Below, piece after piece: positions 60,779 through 64,000 of a stretch of DNA of 64,000 nucleotides. Made by a program: the position numbers and the translations under genes. Below the pieces are notes generated by a model that was not told where the DNA came from, did not search any database, and saw only the letters and a program-made list of their open reading frames with translations. Source of the stretch: Octopus sinensis (Eukaryota); assembly GCF_006345805.1 (NCBI RefSeq), contig NC_043002.1:70556001-70620000 (forward strand), written 5' to 3'. Each line of letters begins with the position of its first letter. Positions within the stretch are counted from its first letter, which is position 1.

Positions 60779-63700
60779 AAGGGAAAAAAGACTACGAATA
60801 ATAATAAGAAGAAAGAAACGAAATATATTCATGCCATGAATATATCAGCAGTATTAGGCTGCCTGGGGATATAGCTTTATAATAATGGAGTGAAACAGGA
60901 CAGAAATAGATAGAACATTAATAACACAGAGTGTAACATAATTATCTGACCCTCACCTACTGAATATTTCTGAACATGTGTGTGTAAAACTTGACTACAA
61001 TGTATCAAGAGACATTATAAAACAATTCTTAAGTTTGTGCATAGCATTTCTTAGTCACATGTAAAATGTTCCGTGTCACAGAGCAATATAATGACGAGAG
61101 GGTTAATAATTGAACCATCAAAGCGACCTATGCAAACCTAACAATAAATTGTTTTTCGTCTTTAACTGCTTAAGTTTAAATATAATATTTTACACATAGA
61201 AAATAGTAAACTTAATGACCATTTTGAATAAATTAAATCATTAAAAGACGAGTGAACGAGACAGTGTCTATGCTGTTGCTCACACTGTTAGAAACTACAG
61301 CCATATCTAGATCAAATCACCTAGAGATAACCTTAAATAATATAGTCTGGAGTACATAATGGCAGAAGAATTGCATGATGGTCATAATTGAGATATCTTT
61401 GACTATATTTTTTTTGTTTAAACATGGAGGTCATGGATTTAGAAATAAACAAGAGCAGCCACGGTCGACTAAAAATATTAGCCAAGCGTGGCCCTATATA
61501 CACATAACAATTTGAGAAGTACATGCCGGGGAAATATTTGAACAGAGGTCTCCTCATTAAAAGTTGGCTTAGTGTTAACAAACAACAACATAATACTGTT
61601 GTAGCGGTAATTCGAAACCGAATCCCTGGATACGCAGTCAGACATTACGAGCAAACTATCATAGTTACCTGTGATTGATCTGTTAACCGACCAATCGACG
61701 CAAAGCGATGGCGAGGAGAGGGGTTTTATCGAATATTCTAGAATTTTGCTCCGGTCATCTATAAAAAAAACTTTTCGGCGTGCATCTTTATAGTCCGACG
61801 GAGCGGGGGACGACCCAAGGAGATGGCCAAGACTGACCGCACAGATAGATGACCAAGAACATCCATTGCAAGGAAGGTAGCACAATTGATTTCAGATATC
61901 TTTGGCAAAACGCATGTTGCTGTACCCATAACTCTCAATAATTTCAGAGAAGCATCTCTCTCTTCCAGTCTGTAATTATTGTTGTTAACTGTAAAATCCA
62001 ACACAGTTTGTCTTTATTTGCGATCAAAATGTTTCTGTTAAATGTTCGCGCAGAGTGTTCAGTTACTTCAGGCAGCCAAGAAACATATTTCCAATCATTG
62101 ACTCACTCAACCAGCTACCACCAGTCTATGAACGAAACATCATGAGACCACACGTGATACAGGAAAGTATTTCAAATTTTTCGAGTTTCAAAAGTTCAAC
62201 AGATATATTTTTCCGTATGAAAAGGTCTAACAAGAAATTTCTACAAACTAAATCGTCATTTAGGGGCATGATAAGAAGAATACATATAATAGAAGTCACA
62301 CAAGAAAGATGTTATTGAATTCACCACATTCGAAAAATATGTCGTACACTACATCCTATAAATGTAGTTAGAGCGGTATAATCAAGCAGTTCGATTATGT
62401 AAAATTGGAGGATTTTTGTTTTACTGTCTTCCAAAGTCGAATTAATATATATTTCGCATATGAAAGTTTGCTTGGGCTGGGAAATAAAAATGCGAAAATC
62501 TTTAGGTAGCATTTGTGTCGAAACACATTTTAGTTCTCACTATGTACAATGATACATCGTGTTACCTATAACGTTCTAGTAAATATACATGCAGGAATAT
62601 ATAATGTTGGCAATTCATCCTTTTTTATTTTTAGACCATTTGTTCAACATGAATATTTGTATGCAAGAATTTTACGGTGATGCTTCAATGTTCATAATAT
62701 AAGAAATGAATATATATTGCTTTATCTCTAAAATAATAAATGATAATGATGGTAGTTATGACGATTTTCAAAATACCTATGTGGTATCTGAGGAAAAAGT
62801 AAAAACACGTTGAGTTGATGATCATAACAATGAGAATATATTTAAATAACTACATACATTAAAAACAAAACAAAACAAAACGAAAACGAAAATGTCTGTG
62901 TGCTGCCATATATTACCAATTAAAACGTCATTTGGCAAATATATTTTCTGAAATATCTGTCATTATTGTTGTTATTCCCATCTTTAATTTCACTAACATC
63001 TAGAGTATACAAGCTAAGTTTTCGTATAAACATATTTGTGTTACAGTCTGGTAACCAAAACTAATCAATAAAAATCTAACGTTAAACTGGAAGTCTAAAC
63101 TCGTACTTTAACCAACATTGCTCTCCGAAATATTTGCTCTGAGAACCAAACAATGTCTTCACTTCTATTGTTGGTATTAGTAATACACATTACCACCGTA
63201 TAAAGCATCCCCCATCTCCCTTAAAAATCCATTATAAATATGCATTATGCTATATCTCTATATTTGATTTCGTAAGATCTAAATATTTCTTATATTTTAT
63301 ATTTTCATGTCTTCCCCTTTCTCGAATGCCTTACACGTTCAACATTTGTAACCATTCCCAGATATAGCTAAAACTTTCTGTTATTGATTGTACAAATCTA
63401 TACTTATTGCTTAAGAGTAGAAGGCAGTTTCTCATTTCTTCTTTTCTTATTTCAACATACGTTCCACTCCTCCTGAGATCTTATTTTATTTCAGTTGGTA
63501 TTATTTACATACCAAATTTTGTTTTTATATCTGACAATCCCAGGTGCAAGAGAACAAAAAAAAAACAAAACAAAACAAAACAAAAAAAAAATCACAAGAA
63601 TGCTTTGATACACTCTCACTATTACTTTACTGAATCATTGATGGGGTTTCGTAAGAAAATGATTGTTCTCAACCATCAACAGATATTTTTCTTAATGTTT

Positions 63701-63849
63701 TCTTTTGTGAACTGCATTGCTAATGTACGCTAGCAATGATGTAGGTTTCAGTGCAATTCCTTTCTGCTTTACCGATATGCATATATTAATGTTGTCTAAG
63801 CTCACCTCTGAATACATACATAGAAATACATAAGTACGTACATGCACGT

Positions 63850-63879
63850 AATTATATATATATATATATATACATATAT

Positions 63880-63937
<58 letters not shown>

Positions 63938-63962
63938 ACACACACACGCGCGCACACACACG
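63850..63962. repeat. (TA)n/(CA)n microsatellite
   Basis: Directly visible. Confidence 0.95.
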
Positions 63963-64000
63963 TTTCTATGTCTGACCCTAAGAGAAAAAAACACTTTATA

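Noticed and set aside
61333-62318. Overlapping 80-135 aa ORFs on both strands as a host gene
   Set aside because: No recognisable domain, and stops interrupt every frame. It needs BLASTX before any call.

Overview
AT-rich, repeat-saturated eukaryotic DNA. The SINE families and microsatellite density resemble a coleoid cephalopod (Octopus-like); this is recall and inference, not a database result. I recognise no host gene or exon. Contents: (i) a head-to-tail array of ~1.75-kb units (1-4293, continuing off the left edge), each with one 471-473 aa ORF homologous to Tx1/L1-clade ORF1 (RRM-like core plus CCHC knuckle) but no ORF2; (ii) a near-full-length decayed Tx1-clade LINE (~25874-32553) inside a (TCTA)n tract and interrupted by an RTE 3' fragment, plus a solo Tx1 3' end and a second antisense Tx1 remnant; (iii) a decayed R4/Dong-like RLE element with stacked 3' ends in (TAA)n, and a HERO-like RLE fragment; (iv) a Tc1 element with TIRs and two mariner remnants; (v) several tRNA-derived SINE families, many with clear TSDs; (vi) Penelope-like/hammerhead-bearing foldback structures. 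Two observations stand out. The first is the ORF1-only Tx1-derived tandem array, which shows a synonymous-change bias and shares its 3' terminus with both the LINE and a SINE. The second is a tRNA-headed, hammerhead-ribozyme-bearing SINE-like unit inserted as a head-to-head inverted dimer within one 11-bp TSD (44096-44620).
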